64,000 bases of DNA, taken from the NCBI RefSeq assembly GCF_036321535.1, contig NC_087438.1:13332001-13396000 (forward strand). The letters run 5' to 3'. The DNA is from Camelus dromedarius. Its lineage: Eukaryota. Both the position numbers and the translations under genes were made by a program. Positions 11,736 to 25,421 of the stretch are shown here, piece after piece (the stretch's first letter is position 1; each line of letters starts with the position of its first letter). The notes beneath the pieces were generated by a model. It was not told the origin of the DNA. It ran no database searches and saw only the letters and a list, made by a program, of their open reading frames with translations.

Positions 11736-14700
11736 TTCTTTCCATAAACTCAGAAAGCTCTGATTGTGCAGAAACATGAAAATATTTATGGAGCATCTCC
11801 TCCTGACAGCAGTAAAGAAAGACAGACTGGGGGTTAAGAATCTAAATAGTTGACAGTTATTATACAGTCATCAATTACATTATTAATTGACATGTGCACA
11901 TATTTTCTACCTTCTTAAATATATGCAAAATTCTACTATTAAAGCATTATTCTAAAAATAAATAAAATATTAAGTCTAATGACTAATAGTTGATAAGCTA
12001 TAAATAGGTTGTTTTAACATTCTTTATTTTCCTCTGATTTTTTTGTTTAGTAAGTGTATATATATTTGCAAGTATATAATAAATGCATATATATTTAAAA
12101 TATACATATACATTACAATGACTAAAATGTCATATCATTGGAATGAAATGTTTAAAATGTCACTTGAGTTCATCTAAGAATGATATAATTGTTTTAGCCA
12201 ATATTATCTAATCCTGAAAAAGGAAAATAATTTCTAGGGTATATAAATTTTAAATCATATTAAATACTATATGTTCTATATAAGCTACTCCTCTCAATTT
12301 GTTTGTAAATTATGCCACAGATTATCATAACTATGCAAGATACAAAGGTTATAATAAAGTTAGTGTATACTGTGCTACATAGAAAATATAGCATAGTTAT
12401 TAAATAGATGGATCATAAACTGATAGAGACGTGAAAATATTTGTTGCTGAAAATGCATCATTCATGTCCACACATAATGCTTCTATGAGATGTAATGCAA
12501 AACTGAAAAATGACCTTGTTATGAGGTGTTACATACTCTGGTGGCCTTTATGAGAATTGGATTCTATCTGTAATTTACTAGGGTTACTTCTTACCTAAGT
12601 GAGCAATTTCAGCCCTTCAAATTATGAGCCTCATTCTAAACCTATGCCTTTTCAATTGATGGTAGCGCCATTCTTGTTAAAGTCCAAAAATAACACTCAG
12701 CTGAAGGCACAGGGCCTGTAGAAACTAGATGGGGTGTAACTGGCAGTGGTTCAGAAGAATCAACTGCTCTGATTCCACATCTTGGTAAATGGACCAAAGC
12801 TGATGGTCTAAATTGAAAGTAATAGTTGGAATGTTCTACAGTGGCTGGGCTCCAGATCACGTAAGACAACTTTAAGGAGCAGTTTAAGCACTGGACAATT
12901 ACATCTCATATCAGTTAATATCTTTCTGAACTATCTCTGTACTTTATATAACACATTCCCACAACATAAATGCATTGAGTCACACTTTGTATAGCTAACT
13001 GAGCGATCACTATTGGTACTTTGTCAAAAATGCCATAATGATTGGCGAAATGCTTCTGGCAAAAACAGTTACGACACTAATTATAGCCTGGTATAATAAT
13101 AACATCTTCCCTTTCACATCTTCCTGTTTAGACTCCAAATTGTCGTTGTCATGTTTGTCATTCTAATGTTAGCTGACTTACACCAACAAATGTGGAAGCA
13201 ACAAGGACACTTTCTTGAATAGTTTTATTTTTATACATAATTACTTATATATTTAATATAACCATGAATTTCTATTTGAGTGATTTAAAAATAGAAGTTA
13301 AATGAACCGTGATTTATCTCTGAATAGACTGCATTTGTGAGTAAAGAGCTCTTACCAGGCTAATCCTGACTGCCCTTTCAGGCTCAGTGAGTCTGGCTCC
13401 TCCTCTTCCCTCATCTTCATTGCTTCAGGAAAACTTCTACATTTCCGTCTATGCAGGTGATGTGTGTTTCTTTTGCTCTCTTCTAATATTTTATGCTTTC
13501 TACTTTTTTCAGTGCATATCACAGTATGTTGCAATTTTTCATATGTCTCCTCCATTAGGCAGTAAGATTTGAATGAGTCAATCAAGCCATTAATCTCTCA
13601 GAACCCACTGTAACTCTAGCCTTCAACAACTTATCTTTTGAATTTAAGATGATGGTACACTCATGTTTGTTATTTCCTGGTCAAAGAGTTATAAATCATG
13701 GATACACATTTAAAAATAATATATGGCATAATATCTATTTTGCTTTGCATTAATACACATTAAACATAAAAAATAAATTTGATTTGAATCAAAGTCATAT
13801 TTATGGCACATCATTTCTGTATTATGAGAAATAGAGGTTTAAATAATATATAATTGGTATTTATGAGGACTAAGAATTCCCGACTTGATGGACGCAGGTT
13901 AAGGAAGTGAATATGGCTCAGCTAAGATGAAGTAAAGTGATTCAGCTGTTTGTCACAGAGCAATCACGACACAAGCCAGTGGAGTACTTTCCCCAAGCTA
14001 GTACTTAATAAAGGATGTACAAATGAATTGCTCAAATTTGTGTTCTACATGCATCGGTGCAGACAGATGCTATAAACATCAGCATTGATGAGAAGCCCCA
14101 GAAGCGATATTCTCAGTACGAATAGGTAAATAATAAATTTTACCTTCAGCATCACAAAGTAGAAAAAAGTTCTCTACCCTAATTGAACAGGCATTGTGAA
14201 ACTCTAAATATAAATTATTTATAAACATAAAGCTTCTCGACAAAAAACTGTCCAATAAGGAAGCCACAAATGTTTATTCCGGTATGGTTACAGTTTATCA
14301 AAAATACCTACTGACCGCACCAAAACACTGCCTTGTTTACTGTTATGGAGATAGAGCTGTTCGCTGCATGATCCAAAGCTGGTCCTACTGAGGTGGGAGA
14401 GGAGTCTTAGTTACTAGAGAAAATTAGCTGGATAAATATCAAAGAGTATAGGAAAGAGAAGTCATCTTGGAATTAAGTGACTACCTCTTTTAATGGTATA
14501 GATTCAAGTGCTGATTTTCAGGAAGAAGAAAAGATGTTCCCAAGGAAACAAAGCAAGTCAGTCAAAGAGAGAGGATTAAATGAAATGTCCATCAAGCCCC
14601 ACCCTGTGCCCCAAAATGCTTACACTGGGCCACGATCCAGAAATGTTATAATTAAAAAAAAAGCCCTTATCTCAAAAAGCTTAAAGGCAAATAAGATATA

Positions 14701-14874
14701 TCAAGTTGACTTGTAAATAATTACTACAGCATTTTGATGTCCTGACCAAGAAGCTGTTAAAATATAGTGCAGGCAAAAGACTTATCTAGAATAATTGAGT
14801 ATAAAGATCTTTATCTCAGCATTAGTAATTTCCATAGCTATTTTTAAAATTCCATTTATTAGGATGGCATTATC

Positions 14875-15300
14875 CTTCACTTATGTAACATATTTATTTA
14901 CTGCATATCATATACCAGGCACTATTCTAAGTTTTGTTTTTATATATATTTTTTTAAATTCAGATTTTATTGTTTTAGAGCAGCTTTAGGTTCATAACTC
15001 TTCTAAGATTTGAAGTCTAAATTAAAAAAAAAAAAAGCAAACAAACAAAAACTGACAAATATCTCTTCGGTGGTAAAAACAGTAAATATGATAAATTACT
15101 GATTTATGCCTATAGGTGATAAATGCAATGGAAGACCCACAGCTGGGTAATGGGGCTTAAGGATTACAAGAGAAGGAGGAAGTTTCCAGTGTAAAGATGA
15201 CGAAGGCAGGCCTAACCTAAAAAGTGATTTTGTAATACACCTGCAGCTGAGGAAGTTAGCAAACTGATGATGGAGACCAGATTTTCCAAATCAGAGAATT
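14875..15300 (-). mobile_element. L2 3' region interrupted by a 65-bp L1 tail
   Basis: 'aacatatttatttactgcatatcatataccaggcactattctaag' and 'ggtgataaatgcaatggaaga'. Confidence 0.65.
14932..14996 (-). mobile_element. Extremely 5'-truncated L1MC1-like insertion
   Basis: Reverse complement 'tatgaacctaaagctgctctaaaacaataaaatct' plus A-rich tail; TSD actattctaag (14921-14931) / actcttctaag (14997-15007). Confidence 0.75.
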
Positions 15301-16287
15301 CTAGTATATAAGTGTTTCAAGTCAGTAAGAGTCACAGAGCCACCTAAAAGTCACAATATTAGAATGGTTTGCTTCAACTGAATCCCTGCTGTCACCACAG
15401 ACTTACCTGCCTGGACAAGCCAGAATAAATACCCAAGACATCTGTTTAACCTGTCTTAGTTTGATATCCCCAGATACCTGGCATCTTTTACCAAAGGGAT
15501 ACAAGAGCCATCTAGTTTGGGGGGAATCTCTATGTTTCTTTAATTTGGGTGTTACAGAGGTCAATATAACGGGAAATAACCAAAAGTGATTACTGGATCT
15601 AAGGTTCTCAAACCTTTAATTTACAAAGAACTTTAAGTATATTTCTTGGGAACACTAAGTCTCAGCTCCCTATTCCCAGACTGGAGTTGTTCTTGTAAGT
15701 GTTCAGTCCTAACGTATAAAAGATTGTCATAAACATCATGATGAGGTGCCTGCTCTGATGCTTCTGACAACCTCCAAAAGGCTATAATGAAGCTATGCTG
15801 ACACATGCTATTTCAATGTTTTATATTTTGCCTTAAAGAATATGATGGAGACACATTCATCAGTAGCATGTAAGATGTCAAGTCTTTTCATTTGAGACTG
15901 ACAGCCTGAGCCATGAAAGTCATGTGTTTCAGGATTTAATCCTAATGGATTAAGCCTTGTATCAATATTTATACCATAAAAGAGTCCTAATTTGGTAAAC
16001 TCAGATGTTTCTTCTGCCTCCTCTTGGTAAGTGCAAACTTGCAATGAACTTAATGATCCACACATTTTCACAGACAAGGACTGAGTTAATATTATCATTT
16101 TAATTATCAAGGATAATAGCTTGTGATTTTTTAAAAATAATATTTCTGTAACATATGTGTTGCCTGCATCAATGTATATAAATTATCATGTTGACACATA
16201 ATTTGAACTTTTTAGACCCATAGAAATTCCTATACCATCAGAATAAACTGCCAAGGTATTTCTGGTATATCAAATTACCAGAAATTA

Positions 16288-16328
16288 CACACACACACAC
16301 ACACACACAGAAACACACACATACACAC
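16288..16328. repeat. Interrupted (CA)n microsatellite
   Basis: Seen directly. Confidence 0.95.
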
Positions 16329-18358
16329 AACAAAAACAAAAGAAACTGGGCAACAGGTTTTGAGGTATTCCTACTGAGACTCATTTTCTTTTAGCATGCT
16401 GTATTCCAAGGTTTACAAAAGGTGTTTGAAGGAAACTAGCCACACAGGATCTTCATAGATGTTTCCTAGGGGAGAAAGAAAAGGTGATAAGTGGTCGGGT
16501 AAGTTTGAGATATCATGAGTTAAACTAAATCAATGTTTTCCTCCTTCGTCTAGTTTTCATTACCTTTGATGTAAGAGTAGTTCTTTGTATAACCCAAGAG
16601 GGACTCAAGTTTGCAGAACTGTTATAGTTCTGATTCTTGGAACATTATAGTGACTCAGGACCTTCTCTGGGAAGTAATGGTGTGTGGGAGTGAATACTAG
16701 ATTAAAATTGATGAAGCCCATATGACTTAGAAAGTGCATGGCAGGGAAAATTACTTACGTTTTCCGATTCTTGGTTTTGTTATCTGTAAGAATGTTGAGA
16801 CCAGAGAAAATGACTTCATGCTCTGTAAACTTAGACTTTGTACAATCATAGTAATAACAATAATAAGAATGTGTTTACATGTAATCTATCATTTGGAAGT
16901 CAAAATGAAATACTAATTCCAGGGCGGTCAGTAGGTTGATCGTTATGTCAGCAAGTAAATCTGTTGTTCCAAATATTCCTTTTCATTCAATAGTTCATTT
17001 TTAAACATTTTCCCCTTGATGTGAGCTGTCGTTTCCAAAGTGACTAGATCATTCAAAGCAAAGAGAACAATCAAAGTAGCTTTGCTTCAGGCTATTTGCT
17101 GTTGGTGTCACTTGAATTTAAACCACAAAGACATTTCAAACAGAAAACATTTTCATCCCCTAATATATAACCCAGGAGATAGGAAATCATGGAATCCCAG
17201 AGGAAACAGCTTTCACTTATGTCAACTTGGCAAGTTGCATCTGCTTTTCAAGTGAACAAAGAAGAGCATTTGGTTATGACAGTCTAAAAACCTTGTTTCC
17301 TTAAACTTTTTTACCTTCAACATCACATAAATGAAACATCCTTCCTCTTCAAAAGGCTATTAGAGGCTTTTAGCTCTCCCACAATTGTGTTGGCAAGGGG
17401 AAAATAAAATTCTCTCTTACCTCTTTATCTGAAATGCATGCTTAGTTTCTGAGTTATATGAGGTAAAAATCAACCTGCAAATGCTTTCTGTTTTCATTGA
17501 TTCACAACTACCTTCTGTTCTGAACATTAAAAATAATTAGCAAGATCAGCAAGTTTGCAGCAAAGAAAGTTAACTAAAAACTACTGCTACTACTTCAAGC
17601 AAGAAGTCACATATTTACCAAGTCATGCTTATTGTCACTGGTATGCAAGTTCCTATAAAAAAGCATGTATGAAAGTAACATTCTTTTTTTGAAACATCTA
17701 TTTTGAAGTCTCTTCAAATAAATTTTCTGGTGATTGTTCCATTCCTAGGTAACCTACAGCTTATATTTAATTATTCTATCGCTTTCATTTAAAAAACATT
17801 GAATATCGACCATATGCCTTTGGAACACAAAGAGAAAAAGAAATAGAAGAATAAAGAAATAATGTGAGACTTCGCACTTACCTTTAAGGAATTAACATTC
17901 AGGTAGGCATGAACAAATGAAAACACAAGTGAAATAAAGTCAGCTGAGGGATTCATTTCTGGAGAAGCTGACTAAGGTTTTATATAGGAAATATTATTTT
18001 TTGGTAGAACATAGAAAATCAATTTTATCTTTTTTTTTTTTAGCTTGGAAGACAAAAGTGAGTTGGATGTTCTATGTAGGGGGAAGAGAACCTACAAACT
18101 GTATGGACACAGAGATACAAATCAGTGTATCTAATGTGGAAGTAAGAGCAAATTTAGAGCTGAATTAGGAGATGAAGTTCCTGAAATGTGGAACTATTTG
18201 TGGTGTACGATCACTTTGCTGACAGTGATTACTAATACTTGGGATCATGGAGCTGTATACTTATACCAGTCTGGGAAAATGTGAGATATCATGGTGGAGG
18301 ACCAGGTGTCCAAAACCTCTTCACATGAGATCAGTGGGTCATATTAGATTCATGTTTA

Positions 18359-19017
18359 TGGAATAGGAAAAAAATGAGAGGTAAGAGGATGGCTATGTCC
18401 CAGGTCTCAGTTGAGTCCCTGAGATGTGCCTCACCAAGTGTGGGTCTTTGGTTTCACACAGGAAAGAATTCAAGAGCAAGCCACAGTTGAGTAAAAGTAG
18501 ATTTATTCAGAGAGATGCATACCCCATAGACAAGAGTGCAGCCTGTTTCAGAAGGCAAGAGAAAGACCATGAGGTGTGGGGGTTGGGTGCTCAGTTTAAA
18601 GTAAAAGTAGATACACACTCCACAGACAGAGTGTGGTCCATCTCACTCAGAAGGGAGAGCAGCCATGAGGAACAATGCTGTTAGTTTTTATGGGCTCATT
18701 AGTTTCATATGCTAACAAGTGTGAGGATTATTTCAAATACTTTGGGGAAGTGGTGGTGATTTTCAGGAACGGACCACCGCCCAATTCTTGACCTATTATG
18801 TTCAGCCTCGGAACTGTCATGGTGCCTATGGGAGTGTCATTTACTATATTAATCTATTAAAATGAGCGTATAATGAAGCTCAAGGTCTACTGGAAGTCAC
18901 ATCTCCCACCATCTTGGGTTTCAAGGCCTACCAGGAGTTGAATCTTTCTCCATCGTGGTGTCAATTACTGTGCCATTCCTTGAATGGCTGTGCCCTGCCC
19001 CCTTCCTTCCTGTCTCA
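18359..19017 (-). mobile_element. ERV1 solo LTR, MER41-like (copy 2)
   Basis: Reverse-complement homology to 5289-5921 over its length; ends 'ccctgccccttccttcctgtctca'; left boundary approximate, no clear TSD. Confidence 0.88.
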
Positions 19018-20657
19018 GTTGGGTCCCAGGCAGCAGAAATAAAATCCATCTTTAGCAGAAAGAGTAGATTTTCCCTCTGTTGCTTAGTAGAAAATGATAA
19101 GAAGTCAGAGAAGGCTTTTTTAGGTCATATTTAGGAGCAGATAAAGTGGTAGAAAAGTCTTAGAGTACTGATAAATGAGTGGAGGTTATTAATGCACTGG
19201 AAGCTTCACTTCAAGGAGTAAGACAGCTCTTTGGCTTGAAGAGGATGAGATAATCAGTGAAGAGTATCCACTATCGCACAGGTTAAAGAACATGGCCAGG
19301 TAAATAAGTATGTGATGTGGGGACCAGAGGAAGCTAAACTGATAAGGTGGTGCTACATGGGATTGTTTTAAAATACAGATAATTACTTTACATAAGAATA
19401 CCCACTTATTAAAAGTTTACTACATGTGCTAAGGAGAACTGGGGTTTGAAATCACATCAAACATCAAAGTACAAATTCCTTAAACACTGCTCCCCTGCTT
19501 TGTGCTACATTTATTCAAATGTCACTATTTGTTTATCTGTCAAAGACACATAAATTTGTTACTTTTGAGATCCCTCACTTTACAATTATTGATATATAAA
19601 TAACTTGTCTTCATTTTCAAAATCAGTTCAAATATTATCAAATAAGCTGTCATATTTAAATGTCATCAACTGATGGTTTAAGTAATAAAAATGTAATGTA
19701 GGTAATTATTACTTTTGTCAGAGATAATACCATCCTATATAAAATTGTTATTATCAGGCTAAGAACAAAGCCTATTAATAAAATTAGGCTTTTGTACACA
19801 ACAAGTAAGACCAAACACAGGTTTATTCTGTCAAATGTATGTTAATTCTGCTAACTATGCATACATGAATTTCTTATCCATATTTAAATCAGAATTTAGG
19901 CCATATAGCTTTATAAAACTTTCTCTGGGTTAACCAGTAAGAGAACAAAGCAACAGATACACAATATTTACTTTCTCATGACCATGGTCATACAAACACT
20001 GTGTAGTCTTTGCCTTTCTATAAAATTAGAGTTATTAGAAAGATGTTATATTTAGAAATCTAGCATTCTATTAAAACATGTAAGCAGCATAACTGAAATA
20101 ACTCATTTGATAAGCACATTTGTAAGAGGAGTTGAAACATTCACTTAATCTGCAAATGATCTCATTGGTCTTATCCTATTTAACTCAGCACTATATGAAC
20201 TATGTAATTTTTCCATTAAATTTCTCCTCACAGATTTGCAAACTGCCAGTGAAAATATATTGCCTCCATTTAATTCAAACTGAAACAGAATTCAAAGCCT
20301 CCTTCTCTTCCAAATGTGTATAGAATTACAACACACACATTTAATTTCTTTAAAACAGTTAAATGACTTTCAGTCATAATTCAGAATTTTCCCTTGCACA
20401 TATTGTGAATCATCAAGGAACTTGAAGATGGAAAATCAAAACATAAACTTAATATTTAAAATAAAACTTGGAGACTGATAACATCTTTGGACTTCAAAAT
20501 ACACGTAAAGGCTACCAAAAAGCAAGAGCAGAGCCCATGTAGAAGCTTGATGAAAGGAAATAGAGAGGACAGGCCACAGCTAGTGAGATGTGCAAGAGAT
20601 CTGTAGAGTTTGCTACAAACAAACAAATAAACAAGCAAGGAAACAAAAGTTCCAGAA

Positions 20658-21205
20658 TTTACAATATCCAAGACATGGAAACAACCTAAGTGTCCATAGA
20701 CAGAGGACTGAATAAAGAAGCTGTGGTATAGTTATACAATGGAATACTACTCAACCATAAAAAGTAATAAAATAATGCCATTTGCGGCAACATGGCTGGA
20801 TCTTGAGATTTTCATCCTAAGTGAAGTAAGCCAGAAGGAAAAGGAAAAATACCACATGATATCATTTATATGTGGAATCTAAAAAAAAAAAAAAAAGGCA
20901 CAAACTTATTTACAAAACAGAAACAGACTCACAGACATAGAGAAAAAACCTAGTTACCAAGCGGGAAGTGGGTGGGAGAAGATAAATCAGGAGTTCGAGA
21001 TTTGCAGATATAAACTGCTGTATATAAAATAGAGAAATAACAAGTTTATACTGTATAGCACAGGGAACTATATTCAATATCTTGTAGTAACCTATGGCAG
21101 AAAAGAATATAAAAATGAATATATGTATGTTCTTTATGACTGAGTATTATGCTGTACACTAGAAATTAACACATTGTAACTGGTCATATTTCAATTTAAA
21201 AAAAT
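20658..21205 (+). mobile_element. Young cetartiodactyl/camelid-type L1, 5'-truncated (ORF2 tail, 3' UTR, A tail)
   Basis: 'caatggaatactactcaaccataaaaag...gcaacatggctggatcttgag' and 'ctgtatagcacagggaactatattcaatatcttgtagtaacctat'; homologous to 53884-54385 and 27978-28106. Confidence 0.92.
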
Positions 21206-22200
21206 TACAAATTTACAGTAATCAAGACGGTGTGGTATTGGTGAAAGAATAGACAAAAAGATAAATGAAAAAGAATAGACAGCCCAGAAACAGAGCCACA
21301 AAAATATAGACAACTGATATTTGACCAAGGATTAAAGGCAACACAATGGAAAAAGATATTCTTTTTTTAACAAACAGTGCTAGAACAACTGGATATCCAA
21401 ATGAGAAAAAAATTAATCTAGTCATAGAGCATACACCCTTGACAAAAATCAACTCAAATGGATCTTGGAACATATATAAAAATGTAAAACAATAAAAATC
21501 CTAAACAATAACATAAGGGAAAACCTAGATGAACCTGGGTATAGTGGTAAATTTTTAGATAAAACACAAAGCATAAAATACGTGAAAAAAATAATGAACA
21601 ACTGAATTCCATTAAAATTAAAAATTGCTCTGCAAAAGACAGCACCATGACAATTAGAAGTTAAGCCACCAAGTGGGAGAAAGTCTTTGCAAGAGACACA
21701 TCTGACACAGAACTATTGTTTACGATATACAAAAAAACCTTGAAATTTAACATTAAAAAAATGAAACAACCCAATTAAAATATAAGCCAAAGACTTTAAC
21801 AGACATTTTACCAAGGAAGATACAGAGATGATGAATAGGTACTTGAAAAGATAGTCCACATATATGTCATCAGGAAGCTGAAAATTAAAACAATGAGGTA
21901 CCACTATCTATCTATTAGAGTGGCCCACATCTGGGGAACGCTGACAACACTAAATGCTAGCAAGGATATAGAGCAACAGTAATTCTCATTCATTGCTGGC
22001 AGGTACTCAAAATGGTACAGCCACTTTGAAAGCTAGTTTGTCAATTTCTTACAAAATTAAATATACTTTTACCATATGATCTAGCAATTTCACCCAAAAA
22101 AGTTGAAAACTTCTGTCCATACCAAAACCTACACATGGATATTTATAGCAGTTTTGTTTCACTGTTGCCAAAATTTGGAAGCAACCAAGATGTTCTTTAG

Positions 22201-22640
22201 GGTGGAAGGGGGCAGGGCCCAACCATTGAAGAAATGACACAGTAATTGAGGATAGGACAAACTAGTTACAAAAACGATGGCGGAAGATTCGACTTCCAGT
22301 AGTCCACGAGCCTCACGGTGCACCAACAGGCACCATGACGGTTCCTAAGCTGACCATAAAAGGTCCACAAGTGGGCGGTGGCCCAGTTCCTGGAAATCTT
22401 TGCTCCTTCCTCAAAGTAGTTGGAATAATCCTCCTACTCATCAGCATATGAAATTACCAAGCCCCCCAAAACTAACAACTCCACACCTCAAGGTCGCTCT
22501 CTCCCTTGCCTTTTGAGATGGCCCACACTCTGTCTATGGAGCGTGTATCTCCCTGAAAAAACTTACTTTCACTTTACTATGAATTCTTTGAATTCTTGAA
22601 TTCTTTCCTGCACAAGACAAGAACCTATTCTCCAGCAACA
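22201..22640 (+). mobile_element. ERV1 solo LTR, MER41-like short variant (copy 3)
   Basis: 'ggaagggggcagggcccaaccatt', 'cagttcctggaaatc', 'cactctgtctatggagcgtgtatctc'; ends 'cagcaaca'; first bases of the 5' end appear lost. Confidence 0.85.
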
Positions 22641-22764
22641 AATGGATAAATAAACTATAGAGTATATACAGACAATTGACTACACTTTAAAAATTCAGTG
22701 CTGAAAGTAAACAAGTTGTTAAATCATGGAAGAACTTAAAATACATATTATTAAGTGGAAGAAG

Positions 22765-23336
22765 TGATGGAGCTAAGAGCAGGCTGCGCCAAGAGGGTCC
22801 ATTCTAGAAAGCTGAAAACAACCAAGGCCTGAAAGACTCAGGAAGAACCTCTGAACTTCCCCCTTACTGCCTGAAAGCCTGTGAAAGCAGGCCTGTCCCT
22901 GCAAGAAGCTATCACAACAGAGGAACATAGTAAAGCAATAGGTATAGTCGGACAGGAGGAGCCTAGCAAAGCCCGTCTGATCAAAGTCCTCTCCGTGTCC
23001 CGTTGTGTTTGGGTGCCCAACAAACACTCGTTTATCAAACATTAACTCTTTTTATCTTCCTGTGAATTACTGTTCTTCCCCTTTGAGTCTCAGACTCCCT
23101 ATCTCCTCTCCTCTTTATCTCTCTCTCTGTCTCTCTCTCTGTCTCTGTGTGTGTGTGTGTGTTAGTGTGTGTGTGTGTATCACCTTGTTTTGCTGTCTTT
23201 GGAATTCTTCATACTTATTAGAATTCCCTGTGCACACATAATAAATTTGATTTTTTTTTTCCCCTGGTAATCTGCCTTATATCATTTTAATTACCAGACA
23301 AAAGGACTAAAAGAGGGAAATTTCCTCTCCTGGATA
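22765..23336 (+). mobile_element. ERV1 solo LTR, MER34/39-like, with internal (CT)n(GT)n
   Basis: Starts 'tgatgg'; TSD gaag/gaaa; 'taataaatttg...cctggtaatctgcctt' 3' region; interrupts L1 'aagtggaagaag|cctatctaaaaaagctgcatactg'. Confidence 0.8.
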
Positions 23337-23899
23337 GAAACCTATCTAAAAAAGCTGCATACTGTATGATTCCCACTAAGTGACATCGTGGAAAAGGCAA
23401 AACTATGGAGACAATAGAAAGATTGATGGTTGCTGAGGGAAAGGGAGAGACACAGATTGAATGCAGAAGATTTTTAGGGCAGTGAAAATACTCTGGATGA
23501 TGTTATAGTGATGGATATATGTCCTTCTACATTTGTCCAAACTCATTAAATGTACAACACCAAGAGTGAACCTTAAGATAAACCACTGACTTTGGGTGAT
23601 TATGGTATGTCAATCTAGGTTCATCCATTGTAACAAATGTACCATTCTGGTGAGGATTTTGATAATAAGTGAGGCTATATATGTGTGGAAGCAAGGGATA
23701 TATGAGAAATCTCAGTACTTCCCTCTCAATTTTATTGTAAACCTAGAACTGCTCTAAAAGATGAAGTCTTCAAAAAATGTAATTTAAAGGAAGCTTAACA
23801 GAAAAAAAAGGGGAAAATGCCAACTTTGAAAAGGCTTACTGAGGGCTAAGAGAAAAAGATAGGAGAAAAAATATATAAATAGGTAATTTTTGAAAAATA

Positions 23900-25421
23900 C
23901 ATAGAAAATTCTAAATATTTGGCACAAGATTTCACAGAATATTTCTACCACACTGAAAAATGCTATTTAAATAACTCGGATGGAAGAAAGAAAAACTCCT
24001 GTATTATATTCATAAAATGAGCCTAGTATTAACAGCTCAATCCAATAAGAATTGAATTAAAAACATATACCAAAAAATTCTCAGATGAAGTGTTAAATAA
24101 AATCCAATATTAGCAAATAAATCTATTTTATATATTACCCAGAATAGAATAATTCCCATGAAACAGTGACTTTTATTCTAATAAAGACAAAAATGGTTCA
24201 ATGTTAAGCAAACATAGTATAATAATTTAATCTAATTAACCAGAGAACATTAACTGTCTAGGCAGACATTGAAAGTTAGAAATAGACACGTATACTTTTG
24301 GGAATTGTATAAAATGGTAAGATTTCAAAAGGAAAAGTTGAACTGCTCAATAAATGGCATTGAAGCAACAGGGTAGATAACTGGGGGAACTGTAATTCCA
24401 ATTTACACAAGCATAAATTGTGAATGGGTGAAATAATTTTAAAATAAACCCATAAAAGTACTTGAAAGATATGCAAAATTTTATTTTATAAAGTCAAAGT
24501 AGGTTAAGGAGGTTTAACTATATTACAAAAATCATGAACAGAAATATGCAATATAAATGTGTTATAAAAAAACAAAATAAAAAGACAAAAATTGTGTATG
24601 CCAAAAAACAACAAATTGGGAAATGTTACAAATCTACATACTAGAGTAAAATTGCAAACTTCTTCATTTTATAAAATGCTCATGCAAATTCATACAACTA
24701 TGACTGAAATCAATGTAAAGTAAGTAAATATTTAAGCAGAAATTTTGACAGAAATAAAATACTGAGAGCTTTTAAATATAGAAAAAATGTTCAGACTTCC
24801 TTAAAATAGAATCAAAGTAAATACAAATTTGAAGACTGAAATATTTTACCTATTGATTGACATGTTGCAAAATTTTTATAACATGGTTTCTTAGGGGTTC
24901 AGTATCACCTACTGTTGGGAATATAATTTTTAACAGAACTTACGGGAAACAATCTAGTACTAGCAAACAAAATTACAATATGAAGATCCTGTGAGCAATA
25001 ATTCTATTCTTCAGAATTCAGGTATATGCATTGCAGAGAAAATTAAATATGTTAAAGGTTATTATGCATTAGCATAGAAAGTTCATAGTGAAAGACTGTG
25101 TATAACTTAAATGTCTACCAGTTCAGGATGGCCTAAATAACTTGTGGCACATCTGTAAAATGGAGTACTATTCACTTAAAAAATGAGCAAATTCTTTATA
25201 TGGAAGTATCATCAAGATATATTTAAAGTGAATAGAAAAAGATGCAGACATATATATGATATGCTACTAGTTTTGTAACAGAAGCTAAAGATTTTTAAAA
25301 GTATTTACTTATACATGCTTAAAATAATTGGAAACATAAACAAGAAACTAATAAAAGCAATAATTTGGGGAGGATAATAAGTAGATTGGGTGGACTAAGG
25401 AGAATTTTTACTAAATCACCA

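Larger units (their letters stand above)
21211..23778 (+). mobile_element. L1MC1-like ORF2 3' part and 3' UTR, hosting two LTRs
   Basis: 'cagtaatcaagacggtgtggtattggtgaaagaatagac', 'ggaaaaggcaaaactatggagaca' and terminus 'aacctagaactgctctaaaa'; sequence resumes in register after both inserts. Confidence 0.9.

Noticed and set aside
15401..15520. Perfect minus-strand donor CAG|GTAAGT with a short open frame
   Set aside because: No matching acceptor found and the peptide is unrecognisable
5289..22640. Same-strand MER41-like copies 1 and 3 as ends of one provirus
   Set aside because: They are different length variants, copy 1 has its own TSD, and the DNA between them is old host repeats without gag/pol/env
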